This document shows positions 1-9,650 of a DNA stretch of 24,468 nucleotides, piece after piece. This DNA comes from a virus (Duplodnaviria > Caudoviricetes). The position numbers and the translations under genes are program-made. Location: positions 1 through 24,468 of the IMG/VR virus record IMGVR_UViG_3300027707_000105, one strand, 5' to 3'. The notes under the pieces were generated by a model. It searched no databases, was not told the DNA's origin, and was given only the letters and a program-made list of their open reading frames with translations. Each line of letters starts with the position of its first letter. Positions within the stretch are counted from its first letter, which is position 1.

Positions 1-153
1 AAAAACATTTGGATATACGCTAGTAGGTGTAAAAGTAAAGACTGTGTTTTTCTGCTCATCTCTAACTTTTAAAGTTAAACTTTCTCCCTCTATGTAGTTT
101 CTAGGAATAGTTATAAATCTTTGAGAAGCGTTATCTTGGTTTACTACTGTCAT
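1..153 (-). CDS. Truncated virion-module protein (N-terminal 51 aa, MTVVNQDNASQRFITIPRNY...), runs off the left edge
   Basis: ATG at 153 opens a frame to position 1; directly preceded by the late-promoter motif; not in the ORF track. Confidence 0.75.
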   Translation of the reverse strand, partial: MTVVNQDNASQRFITIPRNYIEGESLTLKVRDEQKNTVFTFTPTSVYPNVF

Positions 154-156
154 AGT

Positions 157-185
157 TATATAACGTATATTTTTATTTTTTTGCA
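157..185 (-). promoter_or_regulatory. Putative late promoter, TGCAA-N15-CGTTATATA
   Basis: Same bipartite motif recurs at 2398-2425, 3201-3230 and 10871-10898, always just upstream of structural genes. Confidence 0.75.
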
Positions 186-188
186 AAT

Positions 189-215
189 AAAAAAGGAGTG
201 AACTAATCACCCCTT
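189..215 (-). terminator. Intrinsic terminator after the major tail gene
   Basis: Minus strand AAGGGGTGA-TTAGT-TCACTCCTT followed by a T run. Confidence 0.75.
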
Positions 216-252
216 CTTTGTTACCATAGAAAACCTATCGATACGCTTTTTC

Positions 253-777
253 TTATGGTGTTATTTGTGTAGCAGAAGTGTGAGCAGTTACTACTCCACT
301 ACTTACAAAAGGTGCAAGGATTGGCTCTTCAGCTGTAAGCGTCAAAGTGTATCCATTCATATCTCCTAATGCAGTACCAGTTGAAACTGTACCATTTATG
401 TTACATCCTCTAGTTAAACCTACTGCAAAATAATTACCATTGTTATCCTCTACAAAAGCGTGTGGTCTTTGAGAAATAGCTTTTTGTAATTCTACTTGCG
501 TAGCTACATCCATTTTAGTCAATACCGCAGTAATTGTTTGAGCATAAAAAGTAGTTCCATTTTCGTCACTTGACGTAATAGTTTGCTCTAAATTATTCCC
601 ACCCTTTACATCGTATTTATACCAGTTTGTACCAGTTCCACTAACCGCAGTTAATGTACCAGCAGTTATAGTTAAAGTTCCTAGTGTGCCGTAATCCGCT
701 AGGTATAATGTCTTAATTCCTCCTACTACATCTTTGCAAGGTAGTTTTCTACCTGATGCCATTAAGCAAGTACTCAT
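253..777 (-). CDS. Major tail (tube) protein
   Basis: 174 aa, Thr/Gly and beta-rich; motifs GGIKTLY, ENGTTFY and TGTALGDMNGYTLTLTAEEP resemble Bacteroidota siphophage tail tubes; follows the capsid gene. Confidence 0.7.
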   Translation of the reverse strand: MSTCLMASGRKLPCKDVVGGIKTLYLADYGTLGTLTITAGTLTAVSGTGTNWYKYDVKGGNNLEQTITSSDENGTTFYAQTITAVLTKMDVATQVELQKAISQRPHAFVEDNNGNYFAVGLTRGCNINGTVSTGTALGDMNGYTLTLTAEEPILAPFVSSGVVTAHTSATQITP

Positions 778-805
778 ATTTTTTTTATTTAAAAGTTAAT
801 AAATA

Positions 806-827
806 GCCTCCCCTATTACAGAGAGGC
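806..827 (-). terminator. Hairpin (weak terminator or stabiliser) between capsid and tail genes
   Basis: RNA GCCUCUC-UGUAAUAG-GGGAGGC followed by UAUUUAUU. Confidence 0.55.
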
Positions 828-838
828 ATTTAATTTAA

Positions 839-1750
839 TTATGCTATTCCGTAAGTAACTGAATCTGCTCCAATACCTACTTGTAGACCTCTTGAGAAAC
901 GTGCAATAAATCTTACGTTTTTGCTTCCGTCGATGTCAGCCATATCAATAGTTTTAACGATATTTGCATCGTCAGCCAATCCAAATCCTACGAATAGGTT
1001 TGAGATTTGTGCAGCTACCATTGTGTTAGCTGGTAAACCATTTGCAACAAATATAGAAACTCCGTCAAAAGTTAATTCTTGTCCGTTGTACCAAGTTGTA
1101 CCGGCAGCGTTAACACCAGCGTTTGATGTAGCAGCAACAGAGAAACCTCCTAATGCTCTTACGTATGCTTTAGCAACGTTTTGAGATACATATATTCTTA
1201 AGTCTTCTGTACCATATAAAGCAGCAGGAATACCGTCTACAACTCTACCCATTTCAGCAATTACGTTTGCAGAAGTAATAGACAAAGGAGTTCCGATTAC
1301 AGTTGCTCCGTCTGTTTTAAGTAATTTACCTAATCCGTTTGTAGCATTCCATAAGAAAGTTTCAGTATCGATAGCAATATCTTTTAATACTTTAGCAATA
1401 AAGAAGTCAGAGAAAGAAGCTGGCATAACATCGAAAGAACTAAAGCCCATAGATGCTGCTTCCCAATCTTGCTCAAATGGAGTTTTACAAAGTTGTAAGT
1501 TAACTTGTTTTTCTGCTACTGTTAAAACTTTGTCAGACAAAGTAACAGTTCCAGCATCTGTAAAATCACAAGTTGCATCTGCTACTAATCCAGAGATAAC
1601 TGCTTTTTTTACTGTTGATTTGTATTTTACGTTTGGAATAACTGTTACTCCATTGTTTGCGATTGTATTCGCACTTAATACCGCAGCTGCGATATATTTA
1701 CCGGCAAATTCTCCGGCATAATTTGAGGTAATCGTTGGTTGGTTTGGCAT
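839..1750 (-). CDS. Major capsid protein
   Basis: 303 aa downstream of protease and scaffold; ITSNYAGEFAGKYIAAA and DMADIDGSKNVRFIARF resemble flavobacterial phage capsid proteins. Confidence 0.85.
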   Translation of the reverse strand: MPNQPTITSNYAGEFAGKYIAAAVLSANTIANNGVTVIPNVKYKSTVKKAVISGLVADATCDFTDAGTVTLSDKVLTVAEKQVNLQLCKTPFEQDWEAASMGFSSFDVMPASFSDFFIAKVLKDIAIDTETFLWNATNGLGKLLKTDGATVIGTPLSITSANVIAEMGRVVDGIPAALYGTEDLRIYVSQNVAKAYVRALGGFSVAATSNAGVNAAGTTWYNGQELTFDGVSIFVANGLPANTMVAAQISNLFVGFGLADDANIVKTIDMADIDGSKNVRFIARFSRGLQVGIGADSVTYGIA

Positions 1751-1776
1751 TGTGTTTTATTTTTTAAGTTTAATTT

Positions 1777-2373
1777 TTAATTTGATAATAAAGACATTAT
1801 TCTCGCTTCTGTAGCAGAGATGTTTTGTTTTGTGTTTGCTTTCCCTAAATTTACTTTAGCGTCTGCTGGTTTGTGTACTGTTGCTTTTTTAGATACACTT
1901 GAAAGAGTTTCTTTCATCTTTGAATGAGCCATAGCCATTTCGTCTAATTTAGCTTGTAACTCGTCAAACTTTGGTTGTAGTGCTTCCATTACTTTAGTAA
2001 GGATTTCCTCATAAGTTTCTGGTACTGCTTCTAGTTCAACTTCTGTTTCTGGTGTAGCCTCTTCTAATGGTGCTTCCTCTTTAGCTTCCTCTTCTGGGTC
2101 TGCTGACATTTCTGTCTCTTCAACTTCTTTAGTTAATAGAGCAAGTTCGCCAATCATTCCAATTTCGTAAACCTCTAAAGTTGTACCGTCAGCTAATAAA
2201 TAACTCCCAATTTCTAACGGTGTTTTATTATCTCCGTCAATAGCAAAAATAGGCTGCCCTACTTCAAAGCTATCTGCTTCAATAACAGTTCCGTTATCTA
2301 GAGTTTGCTGCTCCAACTTCACATTTCTGCGAAGTAACGCATTGATGCGTGATAAAATTTCTGTGTTTTTCAT
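1777..2373 (-). CDS. Capsid scaffolding protein
   Basis: 198 aa, highly acidic middle and coiled-coil C-terminal half; lies between protease and capsid genes. Confidence 0.65.
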   Translation of the reverse strand: MKNTEILSRINALLRRNVKLEQQTLDNGTVIEADSFEVGQPIFAIDGDNKTPLEIGSYLLADGTTLEVYEIGMIGELALLTKEVEETEMSADPEEEAKEEAPLEEATPETEVELEAVPETYEEILTKVMEALQPKFDELQAKLDEMAMAHSKMKETLSSVSKKATVHKPADAKVNLGKANTKQNISATEARIMSLLSN

Positions 2374-2397
2374 ATTTATAATTTATTAATTCTTAAC

Positions 2398-2425
2398 ATA
2401 TAACGAACTGATATTTTTTTTTGCA
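2398..2425 (-). promoter_or_regulatory. Putative late promoter, TGCAA-N15-CGTTATAT, for scaffold/capsid/tail
   Basis: Copy of the repeated motif with the same spacing as at 157-185. Confidence 0.75.
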
Positions 2426-2431
2426 TTTTCG

Positions 2432-2581
2432 TTATGCTTTTTTATATATAGTTCCTATCCCTTGTGCTTGTAAAGAGCCATCACAACACTTCCTAGAGTA
2501 TTTATTATCTGGACATAAACAACCTCTCTTGTCGTTTTTAGGACTTGTCCTACTTGGTGTTTTAAAATCTTTATCTGCCAT
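2432..2581 (-). CDS. Small Cys-rich protein, 49 aa (MADKDFKTPSRTSPKNDKRGCLCPDNKYSRKCCDGSLQAQGIGTIYKKA)
   Basis: Translated by hand; ATG overlaps the protease stop region and the ORF fills the gap; CxC...CC motif. Confidence 0.75.
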   Translation of the reverse strand: MADKDFKTPSRTSPKNDKRGCLCPDNKYSRKCCDGSLQAQGIGTIYKKA

Positions 2582-3185
2582 AGTTTAAAAGTGTATTAAT
2601 TTCTAATAATTCTAATCCAGCTAGTATTTGCACTTCTGTATCGTCAACTTTTGAAAGTGGAGTCTTTGCTTTGTCTGCAAAATATCCCTCTATACTAAAT
2701 CCTTTTACCTTGCCAGTTTTAATAAAGTCATTCCAGATAACATCGTTTGCAACTTTAATAGTTCCCATCCAAGTTCCTACTGGTACATTTAATTCATAAA
2801 GTTTTGATTTGTCTTTTTCTGTATCTTCTACTATCCAACTTTCAACCATAGTTAAACCAGTAATAGCTTCCATATGTTCAAAGGTTGCGTTTGATTGGTT
2901 ACCATTTTGAAAGAACATCTCCATACATCTACGAATAGTATCTTTACTAAAATAAATGTAGTACTCTCCCTCTTTATCGTCGTTTCTGTAAATAGGTTTA
3001 TCTGGGACTAGCATAGCACCCATTATAATTTTTTTCTCTTTGTCTACTTCTGCAAACTTGTATTCTTTTTGCTCTGTTTTTAAAGCAATAAAATCCTCCT
3101 CTATTGCTGGACTTTCAACAATCGAAATTGCATCAATTCCAGATAACTCCATATCCTCGTCTATAATTAATTCTATAAGTTTCAT
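2571..3185 (-). CDS. XkdF-like putative prohead serine protease
   Basis: AISIVESPAIE, ATFEH, VESWIVED, VPVGTWMG and VKGFSIEGYF motifs; sits upstream of scaffold and capsid. Confidence 0.8.
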   Translation of the reverse strand: MKLIELIIDEDMELSGIDAISIVESPAIEEDFIALKTEQKEYKFAEVDKEKKIIMGAMLVPDKPIYRNDDKEGEYYIYFSKDTIRRCMEMFFQNGNQSNATFEHMEAITGLTMVESWIVEDTEKDKSKLYELNVPVGTWMGTIKVANDVIWNDFIKTGKVKGFSIEGYFADKAKTPLSKVDDTEVQILAGLELLEINTLLNYGR

Positions 3186-3200
3186 ATTAATTTCTTTTTT

Positions 3201-3230
3201 TATATAACGTTTATTTATCCTAAAGTTGCA
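3201..3230 (-). promoter_or_regulatory. Putative late promoter, TGCAA-N16-CGTTATATA; the upstream element lies within the tape measure 3' end
   Basis: Copy of the repeated motif 15 nt upstream of the protease ATG. Confidence 0.7.
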
Positions 3231-5254
3231 TTTTGAACTATCCCTCTATTTAATGATTGTTGACTAGTTACATCTCCACCTACTACGAATGCTTTTAAAG
3301 GTTGTGTTTCTTTATTTAATCCTATACTTTCTGCTATTTGATTTGCTCCACTTGGCCCTACTACGTTAAAACTTGGTGCTGGTGGTACTGCTCCTCCACC
3401 TCCACCGGCTGCTCCTCCACCACCACCTCCACCGCCTGAAAGTAATGCTTTTGCTCTTGCAATATTAGCCAAAATTGTAGCCGTACCAGTAGCATAAAAT
3501 GCTATTTTAGTTGCTAAATATACTGCTGGTGCTGCTGGTCCGGGTGCTCCAGTTGCTGCACCAGCTGCACTTTGTTCTGTTCCTTGCATCATTTTTGAAA
3601 ATGCGACTGCACTATCTACACCTATTTGAACTAAAGCTAGTGCTTTCATAGCTGCTTGACCAGCTTTGCCTTTTGCTAATCCAGTCGCTTGTATTGAAGA
3701 TAATAATTCCTCTCCACTCTTTGCTATACTTCCTACTGCTTCTGTTGTAGCTTGGAATGATTGTATTTTTCGTTGTCTTTCCTCTTCCTCTCTTTTTTCT
3801 CTTTCTGATACACTATCGTAGTATATTTGAGCAAGTGCTAATTCTTGTGCTCTTTGTCTTTCTAACTCTTCCTCTTTAAATTTAACATCGTTAGCTGCTT
3901 TATTTTCAAGTCCAGTTGTGTCTATTGCATCTGGTACTTGTATATCCTCTTCTCTTAATTTTTTATTATATTCGTCTGTTAGTTTTTTTAAGTTTTCTAA
4001 TTTTTCTTTCTCTGTTAATACGTGTTTTTTATTATCATCATCTAACTTATTTTGCTTTTCTTGTGAATCTTTTATAGCATCGGTTTTTTCTTGTTGTCTA
4101 GCGATAGCGTTTTGACTTTCAATTTCTCGTCGCCTTTTAACTGCTTGTTCTACTGCTTTAACGGATTCATTACTTAATTTAACAGCTTCTTGTGCTGTCT
4201 TTTTTTCAGCATCTGTGGCATCTTCTAAACCAGCAATTCTTAAGGCCTCTAAAGCAATTGCTTTATTTGTTTCGTAGTTTGTTAAATTTTGTTGTACTTC
4301 TTGTTTTGCTAATTGCAAAGTTAATTTTCTAATTTCTTCTGCACTTTTGCCAGAGGCTTTTGCCATTCCTAATTGATGGTCTCTTGAGGCTTGGAATGTT
4401 TCGTTTGCTTTATCCTGTTCTTTTTTGTTATTTTTAATTTCATTTGCTAAAGCTTTGTTTGCTGATTCAGCTTTTTTGGCAGCCGCTGAACTTTCTTTAA
4501 ACATATTTATCAAAGCATAACCCGAAGCGATTAAAATTGCTATAGCAGCTACAATAGCACCAATAGGATTAGCAGCCATAGCAGCATTAAACAGCCAAGT
4601 TGCAGCAGTTAAACCCGCTGTTAATGTTGTTTGGATTCCCGTTTGAACTATTTGTATTCCACGTCCTATAATATTCTTTGATTGCGATGCATTGTTTGCT
4701 TCTGTTGCAACCGTATCGGCAGTCTTTGCAGCGGTAGCACCAAATATTGTAGCCCCTAATGCACTTATACTTTTCGCACCTTCACGAATAGTCTCAAATC
4801 CTTGACTTATAGCCATAGCTGATTGAACTTTTAAGACAGCCTGTTCTACATCTTTACTTTCAGTCCCAAACAATCCCATAGTACCTTGAGCTAAAGAAAA
4901 GCCTCCTGCAACAGCATTCAATGAACCTCCAAGTTTGCTAGCCATTGTTTGAGCAGCAGCATCTACAACTTTATCTGTTTCTTGTTGTACTCTTTTATAT
5001 TCCCCTACTGTTTTTAATAATTCTTTATATTCTGTTGTGTTTTGTTTTCCAGCTTTTGCTAATTCATAAAGTCTATCTTCTGCTTCTCCCATTCTAGCAG
5101 TTAATGGTTGTAAATCTCCATAGACTTCTTGAAATGTAGCGTCAAGATTAGTAGCTTGTTTATCTACATCTTTAATTGCAGTTCCTAAATTATTTAATTG
5201 TTTTTCTGCTTGACCGGTATTTACGTTTAATTTAATATCTATTTCTTGCGCCAT
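3215..5254 (-). CDS. Tail tape measure protein
   Basis: 679 aa, Ala-rich and helical; FNAAMAANPIGAIVAAI hydrophobic segment, long charged coiled coil, poly-Gly linker near the C-terminus. Confidence 0.85.
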   Translation of the reverse strand: MAQEIDIKLNVNTGQAEKQLNNLGTAIKDVDKQATNLDATFQEVYGDLQPLTARMGEAEDRLYELAKAGKQNTTEYKELLKTVGEYKRVQQETDKVVDAAAQTMASKLGGSLNAVAGGFSLAQGTMGLFGTESKDVEQAVLKVQSAMAISQGFETIREGAKSISALGATIFGATAAKTADTVATEANNASQSKNIIGRGIQIVQTGIQTTLTAGLTAATWLFNAAMAANPIGAIVAAIAILIASGYALINMFKESSAAAKKAESANKALANEIKNNKKEQDKANETFQASRDHQLGMAKASGKSAEEIRKLTLQLAKQEVQQNLTNYETNKAIALEALRIAGLEDATDAEKKTAQEAVKLSNESVKAVEQAVKRRREIESQNAIARQQEKTDAIKDSQEKQNKLDDDNKKHVLTEKEKLENLKKLTDEYNKKLREEDIQVPDAIDTTGLENKAANDVKFKEEELERQRAQELALAQIYYDSVSEREKREEEERQRKIQSFQATTEAVGSIAKSGEELLSSIQATGLAKGKAGQAAMKALALVQIGVDSAVAFSKMMQGTEQSAAGAATGAPGPAAPAVYLATKIAFYATGTATILANIARAKALLSGGGGGGGGAAGGGGGAVPPAPSFNVVGPSGANQIAESIGLNKETQPLKAFVVGGDVTSQQSLNRGIVQNATLG

Positions 5255-5391
5255 TTCAATAGTCTTTTATGTTGTTTAAATGCTTCCATCCAAGTTTCTG
5301 GATGTTTGTTTTTTCCTTTTGCTATTTCTATTAATTCACTTTGTCCATAGTGACTAGACGCTTTTAGTAGGTTTAATATTTGCTCTATCAT
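5239..5391 (-). CDS. Small hypothetical protein, 50 aa (MIEQILNLLKASSHYGQSELIEIAKGKNKHPETWMEAFKQHKRLLKWRKK)
   Basis: Translated by hand; ATGA overlap with the upstream stop; end overlaps the tape measure start. Confidence 0.7.
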   Translation of the reverse strand: MIEQILNLLKASSHYGQSELIEIAKGKNKHPETWMEAFKQHKRLLKWRKK

Positions 5392-8021
5392 ATTGCAGTT
5401 TGTATTACGAATATATATTCTAATTTTTGTGTTACTCCTCCTATTCTATAATCTAATATAACTGAATCGGACCTGTCTACTCCTGTTGCATTTGCTGGTA
5501 CTGTAACACTTAATGTTATATCTGTTTTATTATTATTTGATGTACTATAAGTTAAAAATCCAGCGGGTGCTTTTACATTAAAAGTTTCGTAATCATTTAA
5601 ATATATTACTACTTCAAATGTTAATGCTTGGTTGTTTGTTTGTATGTTCTCCATACTTGCTATTCTATAACCAACTGTACTTGCTGCATTTACTCCTCTA
5701 TAATCTGTCAATAGTTCCAAATCAGTTTCTCCGGTTGTTAAATCCGTAGTGAATGAATTTATAATATATCTTTTGTTTCTAATAACTAACCTATCATTTA
5801 ATGCAATTCCTAAAGGAATGCCACCTCCATTTGTAACTGTACTTCCTAGTAGACTTGCTGGTAGTAATGCCTTAACTTTTATTAATCTAGTTTTTATATC
5901 GTAAAGATTATCTATAAAATTTTTATAGTGTCTATAATATAGTCCTTGTGGTGCAAGTAAATTTAGCCAACTGGATTGCTCGTTACCAAAATTCATAGTC
6001 ATTAATTGTGAGTGAGTTGCATCTGTCGGCATACTATCATACTCATTTGAGAAACGATTATAGTTACTTATTTGTGTTGCTGCTCCACTTGAATTAGTCA
6101 TATAAATTCTATCAGCACCAGTTAACGGAGTTACTAACGAATTACAATAAATAAGCATCGGTTTTGGCGTATATGGATTGTTGTCTTTATCTACTAATGT
6201 CGCAGTCTGAAATAATTTGCCTTGCTTTGGAACTTCAAATAAAACATTCTCAAAGGGTAGTTTAATATCATAAGTTGATGACTCTGTAATCTTATCTGAA
6301 TTGTAAATTAAATCTCCATAATTTTGTTGATATAAACCTTTGTAGGCATTGTTTAATATATTCTTACTTTCCTCGTATTTAAAGTTTATACTTTTGAATA
6401 ACGTTGGCTTATTTATGCTCATTTCGTTTTCATAAGTGTACTCTGTTATATCTAATGTTTTACCAGCGTTGTAATACATTTCAAGAGGTATAAACTCATA
6501 AATATTGTTCGGTCTTGGAATAATCATTAAGTTAAATGCCTTTATTATACCAGTAATAAAATCCACAATTTTAATATCCGGCATATAATTACCTATTGGA
6601 ATATAAGTGTTTGTAGTATTATTACTAATAGCCGCAGAGACTATTTGATTAAAACTACTGTTATTTGTAGTTCTGTTTCTTAAAAATTCTGTTTTTACTA
6701 AACGTAAAGTAGAATTAATTGTCATCGAACTACTAGAACTTATTTTAAATGTATACGAATGTGACGGACCACTTCCTATCGGATTTGATATTAAATAATC
6801 TATTGTAATCAAATCAGTAGAAACTCCTATTAACTCTAAAGCAGAAAAAAGTATCCCATCTCTATAAACATAAAAAGTATATGGTGTTGTTATATTTGAA
6901 GGTGTAAAAGTAATAGCAATAGATAATGTTTTATATATTATTTCATAAGTTGTGGTATTACTAAAAGTTACATAACTTGAATTAGAAATTGTAAGAGTAT
7001 CTGTTACGAAATTTATTTCTGGAAATGCTGGAGACAACGGTAATAATGCAGTAAAATTTAATAATATAGGTTCACTTTTAAAAGTTATTGTTTCTGCTGG
7101 TTTTAAATATAAATATAGTTTTGTCCATTGGTCTAAATTAAAAAAACTTCCGGTAAATGTTATTTCATATTTTGCTTGTATTCTTGCAAATATATCTGAA
7201 ACTTTTATTGCTGGAAATAACTCATTCCATAGTATAGCACCAGCTAAAGTAGTAATGTCTTCTGTTGGTCTTAATGGATCTTGGTAATAAAATTTTTTTC
7301 GATAACCTATTAATGGATATTTGACTCCAGCAATATCTGTTGTTATTCTTGTTTTTACATTTGTACTATTATACTCGTGATTAAAACTTGAAAAATCTAA
7401 AATTTGTAATTTTTCGTCTTTAATTATATCTTTTAGTTGAGTTAGTTTGCCATAAAAAGTAACTGAATAGCTTTCAATAAATCCATCCTTTTTGTCTGCC
7501 TTCTCTAATTGAATAGTTCCGTTTCTAAATCTATGCGTGTTAATCTCGATATAAGCATCGTATCTCATTCTGTGGTCAAATCCATTGTCTATTGAACTTT
7601 CATACCAGTGAGATAATATTTGATTGTTATTATTTGATGCTGGAATTGAGAAACTCTGTGTATAGTCAGTGTATAATTTGCCTATGTCGTTTGCGTTCCC
7701 AATCTGGGAAGTAATACTTATTTTTTCATCTTTAAATAAATCTAGTCTTTGGTAATCACTTCTGTAAATTTCAAATGTATCTGCTGCTAGTACCGGTAAA
7801 TCATATTGTAAAGTTAATACGGTTGTAGTATTTGACAGTATCCAACTTGTTAAGTTGTTACTTATTCCAGATGTCATTTTAATAAAATAACCAGCGTACT
7901 GATTAGTAGTCATAGTTATACTAGGAGTGACTGTAAAAAATGGCGAAGTATTATCGCTATTAATTGTGCCTCCTATTACTAAAGTATTTTTTTTAATATA
8001 GACCTCTACGCTTAATTTCAT
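5388..8021 (-). CDS. Large tail tip / baseplate hub-like protein
   Basis: 877 aa in the tail module; QRLDLFKDEKISITS...YTQSFSIPAS...NNQILSHWY N-terminal motif; beta-rich Ser/Thr-rich central region. Confidence 0.65.
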   Translation of the reverse strand: MKLSVEVYIKKNTLVIGGTINSDNTSPFFTVTPSITMTTNQYAGYFIKMTSGISNNLTSWILSNTTTVLTLQYDLPVLAADTFEIYRSDYQRLDLFKDEKISITSQIGNANDIGKLYTDYTQSFSIPASNNNNQILSHWYESSIDNGFDHRMRYDAYIEINTHRFRNGTIQLEKADKKDGFIESYSVTFYGKLTQLKDIIKDEKLQILDFSSFNHEYNSTNVKTRITTDIAGVKYPLIGYRKKFYYQDPLRPTEDITTLAGAILWNELFPAIKVSDIFARIQAKYEITFTGSFFNLDQWTKLYLYLKPAETITFKSEPILLNFTALLPLSPAFPEINFVTDTLTISNSSYVTFSNTTTYEIIYKTLSIAITFTPSNITTPYTFYVYRDGILFSALELIGVSTDLITIDYLISNPIGSGPSHSYTFKISSSSSMTINSTLRLVKTEFLRNRTTNNSSFNQIVSAAISNNTTNTYIPIGNYMPDIKIVDFITGIIKAFNLMIIPRPNNIYEFIPLEMYYNAGKTLDITEYTYENEMSINKPTLFKSINFKYEESKNILNNAYKGLYQQNYGDLIYNSDKITESSTYDIKLPFENVLFEVPKQGKLFQTATLVDKDNNPYTPKPMLIYCNSLVTPLTGADRIYMTNSSGAATQISNYNRFSNEYDSMPTDATHSQLMTMNFGNEQSSWLNLLAPQGLYYRHYKNFIDNLYDIKTRLIKVKALLPASLLGSTVTNGGGIPLGIALNDRLVIRNKRYIINSFTTDLTTGETDLELLTDYRGVNAASTVGYRIASMENIQTNNQALTFEVVIYLNDYETFNVKAPAGFLTYSTSNNNKTDITLSVTVPANATGVDRSDSVILDYRIGGVTQKLEYIFVIQTAI

Positions 8022-9100
8022 TATACGATGTTGTTAATTAGTTTATTCGCAAAGTCAAACTCTAAAGTATAGTTTATATTTTTGTCTTTTAAATATGTTT
8101 TTTTCTGCATACTAGTTGTTTTAATTGTAACTGGTATTTCGCTATTTGAAAGCAAAATTGTATCGCTTAACATTATATCTTGTATCCACTCAAAATAGTC
8201 CTCTGTAACAAACCCAGTATTTACTTTAATACTTCCGTTACCATTTATATTAAATGGCTTTGTTTGGCCTCTACGTGCATCGTAGTTTACATTCTTTTGC
8301 ATTAAAGAGTAATCACTATTTTTTATATTAATAGAATTATAACTGGCTTTAAAAAATGTAAATTGATTCCATCCTCCATACTTATTTACAAACCACATAG
8401 CCTGTACTGGATATGTAGGCTCACATACCTCTTCTGTTTCAACTTTATATATCTGCTCATTATTTTCGTCTACTATTGCTACATAAACACTTGACTCATA
8501 AACTAAAGGAATAGCGAAATTAAAAAAATCATTTTGGCCAGTATAGAATGTTTGTGATTTTAAAAGGTCATTAGCTTTGTCATACCATTTTGCAGTATAA
8601 ACATCGTCTATATTTTTACATATAAAATTATAATAAGGTATTGTATCACTCCAGTAAACTTTTAAATTTGGATTTGCCAATAATAAATATGGTAATGTGT
8701 TTGCAATATCGTAATTCATACCTTGCTCTACAGTTGTATATCCATTTACACCCACAAAAGAAATTGCACTTAATAAAGTATATGTAGTTCCATTTGTACT
8801 ATAATAAGTTCGATATTCTCCTATACACCATTCTTTGTTTCCTGCTTGTGTTACGTTAGCATTACTATATTGTAGTTTGTATTTATCTATATACTCTAAA
8901 ATGAATGGAGATATATTATAGTTTGTTTCTGTTTGTGTTACCGATGCAATACCCTCACTCATTATATAAGTTGGTAGCGTAGGTACAGTATCTCCTTTAT
9001 TCCAAAGTTTTAACTCTACTTTAGTACTTACTTGTGTAGCCTCGTTTATAATTATTTCAAATGGACTTCTGGCTAGTATTACTTTTATTGATGCTGGCAT
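8021..9100 (-). CDS. Tail component (distal tail-like)
   Basis: 359 aa; ILARSPF start, FVNKYGGWNQFTFFK and IKVNTGFV motifs; coupled to the 877-aa gene by a TAATG overlap. Confidence 0.55.
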   Translation of the reverse strand: MPASIKVILARSPFEIIINEATQVSTKVELKLWNKGDTVPTLPTYIMSEGIASVTQTETNYNISPFILEYIDKYKLQYSNANVTQAGNKEWCIGEYRTYYSTNGTTYTLLSAISFVGVNGYTTVEQGMNYDIANTLPYLLLANPNLKVYWSDTIPYYNFICKNIDDVYTAKWYDKANDLLKSQTFYTGQNDFFNFAIPLVYESSVYVAIVDENNEQIYKVETEEVCEPTYPVQAMWFVNKYGGWNQFTFFKASYNSINIKNSDYSLMQKNVNYDARRGQTKPFNINGNGSIKVNTGFVTEDYFEWIQDIMLSDTILLSNSEIPVTIKTTSMQKKTYLKDKNINYTLEFDFANKLINNIV

Positions 9101-9101
9101 A

Positions 9102-9650
9102 TTATTTTATATTTGATTTTATTATTAAATCTACAGTTGATTTCACATCCAGAGCAAATGCCTCTGCTATTTCTTTTGGCATTAATTTTATATTCTCTTC
9201 TATAGCATCTTTTAAAAAGTAAGTTGGTTTTATACCTTGATGGTAAACTGACTCTCTTACTGCATACGGACTTAATCCTCTTTTGTTACTCCACTCTACA
9301 AAATGTTTTACACTTGGCTTAGTTCCCTCTTTAAAACTGTACGGACTATTTCCGCCATTTTGCTTCCACATCTTACCTTTGTTGTTTGTTCTTTTAAAGG
9401 TGCTTGTCATCTTTCTTACTCCTCCTACTCCTCTTACTCCCTTATCCACAAAACCACCATAGTCTGACATTCCTATATTTAAACTTAATGACCTAGGCAT
9501 AAACTTTACTCCGTTATTAACTACACTTTTTTCAAGTGTACCAGTATCGACTTTCTTTTTATCTTTTAAGTTCTGCTTTGCATCTGCTACAACCTTATCT
9601 CCAAAGGCATTCATAGCATCTACTAAATGTTCAAATTTTATATTTAGCAT
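9102..9650 (-). CDS. Neck/tail completion protein (HK97 gp10-like)
   Basis: Basic 182 aa protein with DTGTLEKS, YGGFVDKG and GIKPTYFLKDA motifs. Confidence 0.6.
   Translation of the reverse strand: MLNIKFEHLVDAMNAFGDKVVADAKQNLKDKKKVDTGTLEKSVVNNGVKFMPRSLSLNIGMSDYGGFVDKGVRGVGGVRKMTSTFKRTNNKGKMWKQNGGNSPYSFKEGTKPSVKHFVEWSNKRGLSPYAVRESVYHQGIKPTYFLKDAIEENIKLMPKEIAEAFALDVKSTVDLIIKSNIK

Noticed and set aside
3391-3437. CCA/CCT/CCG triplet repeat
   Set aside because: Encodes the poly-Gly linker of the tape measure protein; not a separate repeat element
9442-9450. Perfect DnaA box TTATCCACA
   Set aside because: Single copy inside the FVDKG coding motif; explained by protein sequence. The same applies to TTATCAACA at 17216-17224 in the helicase.
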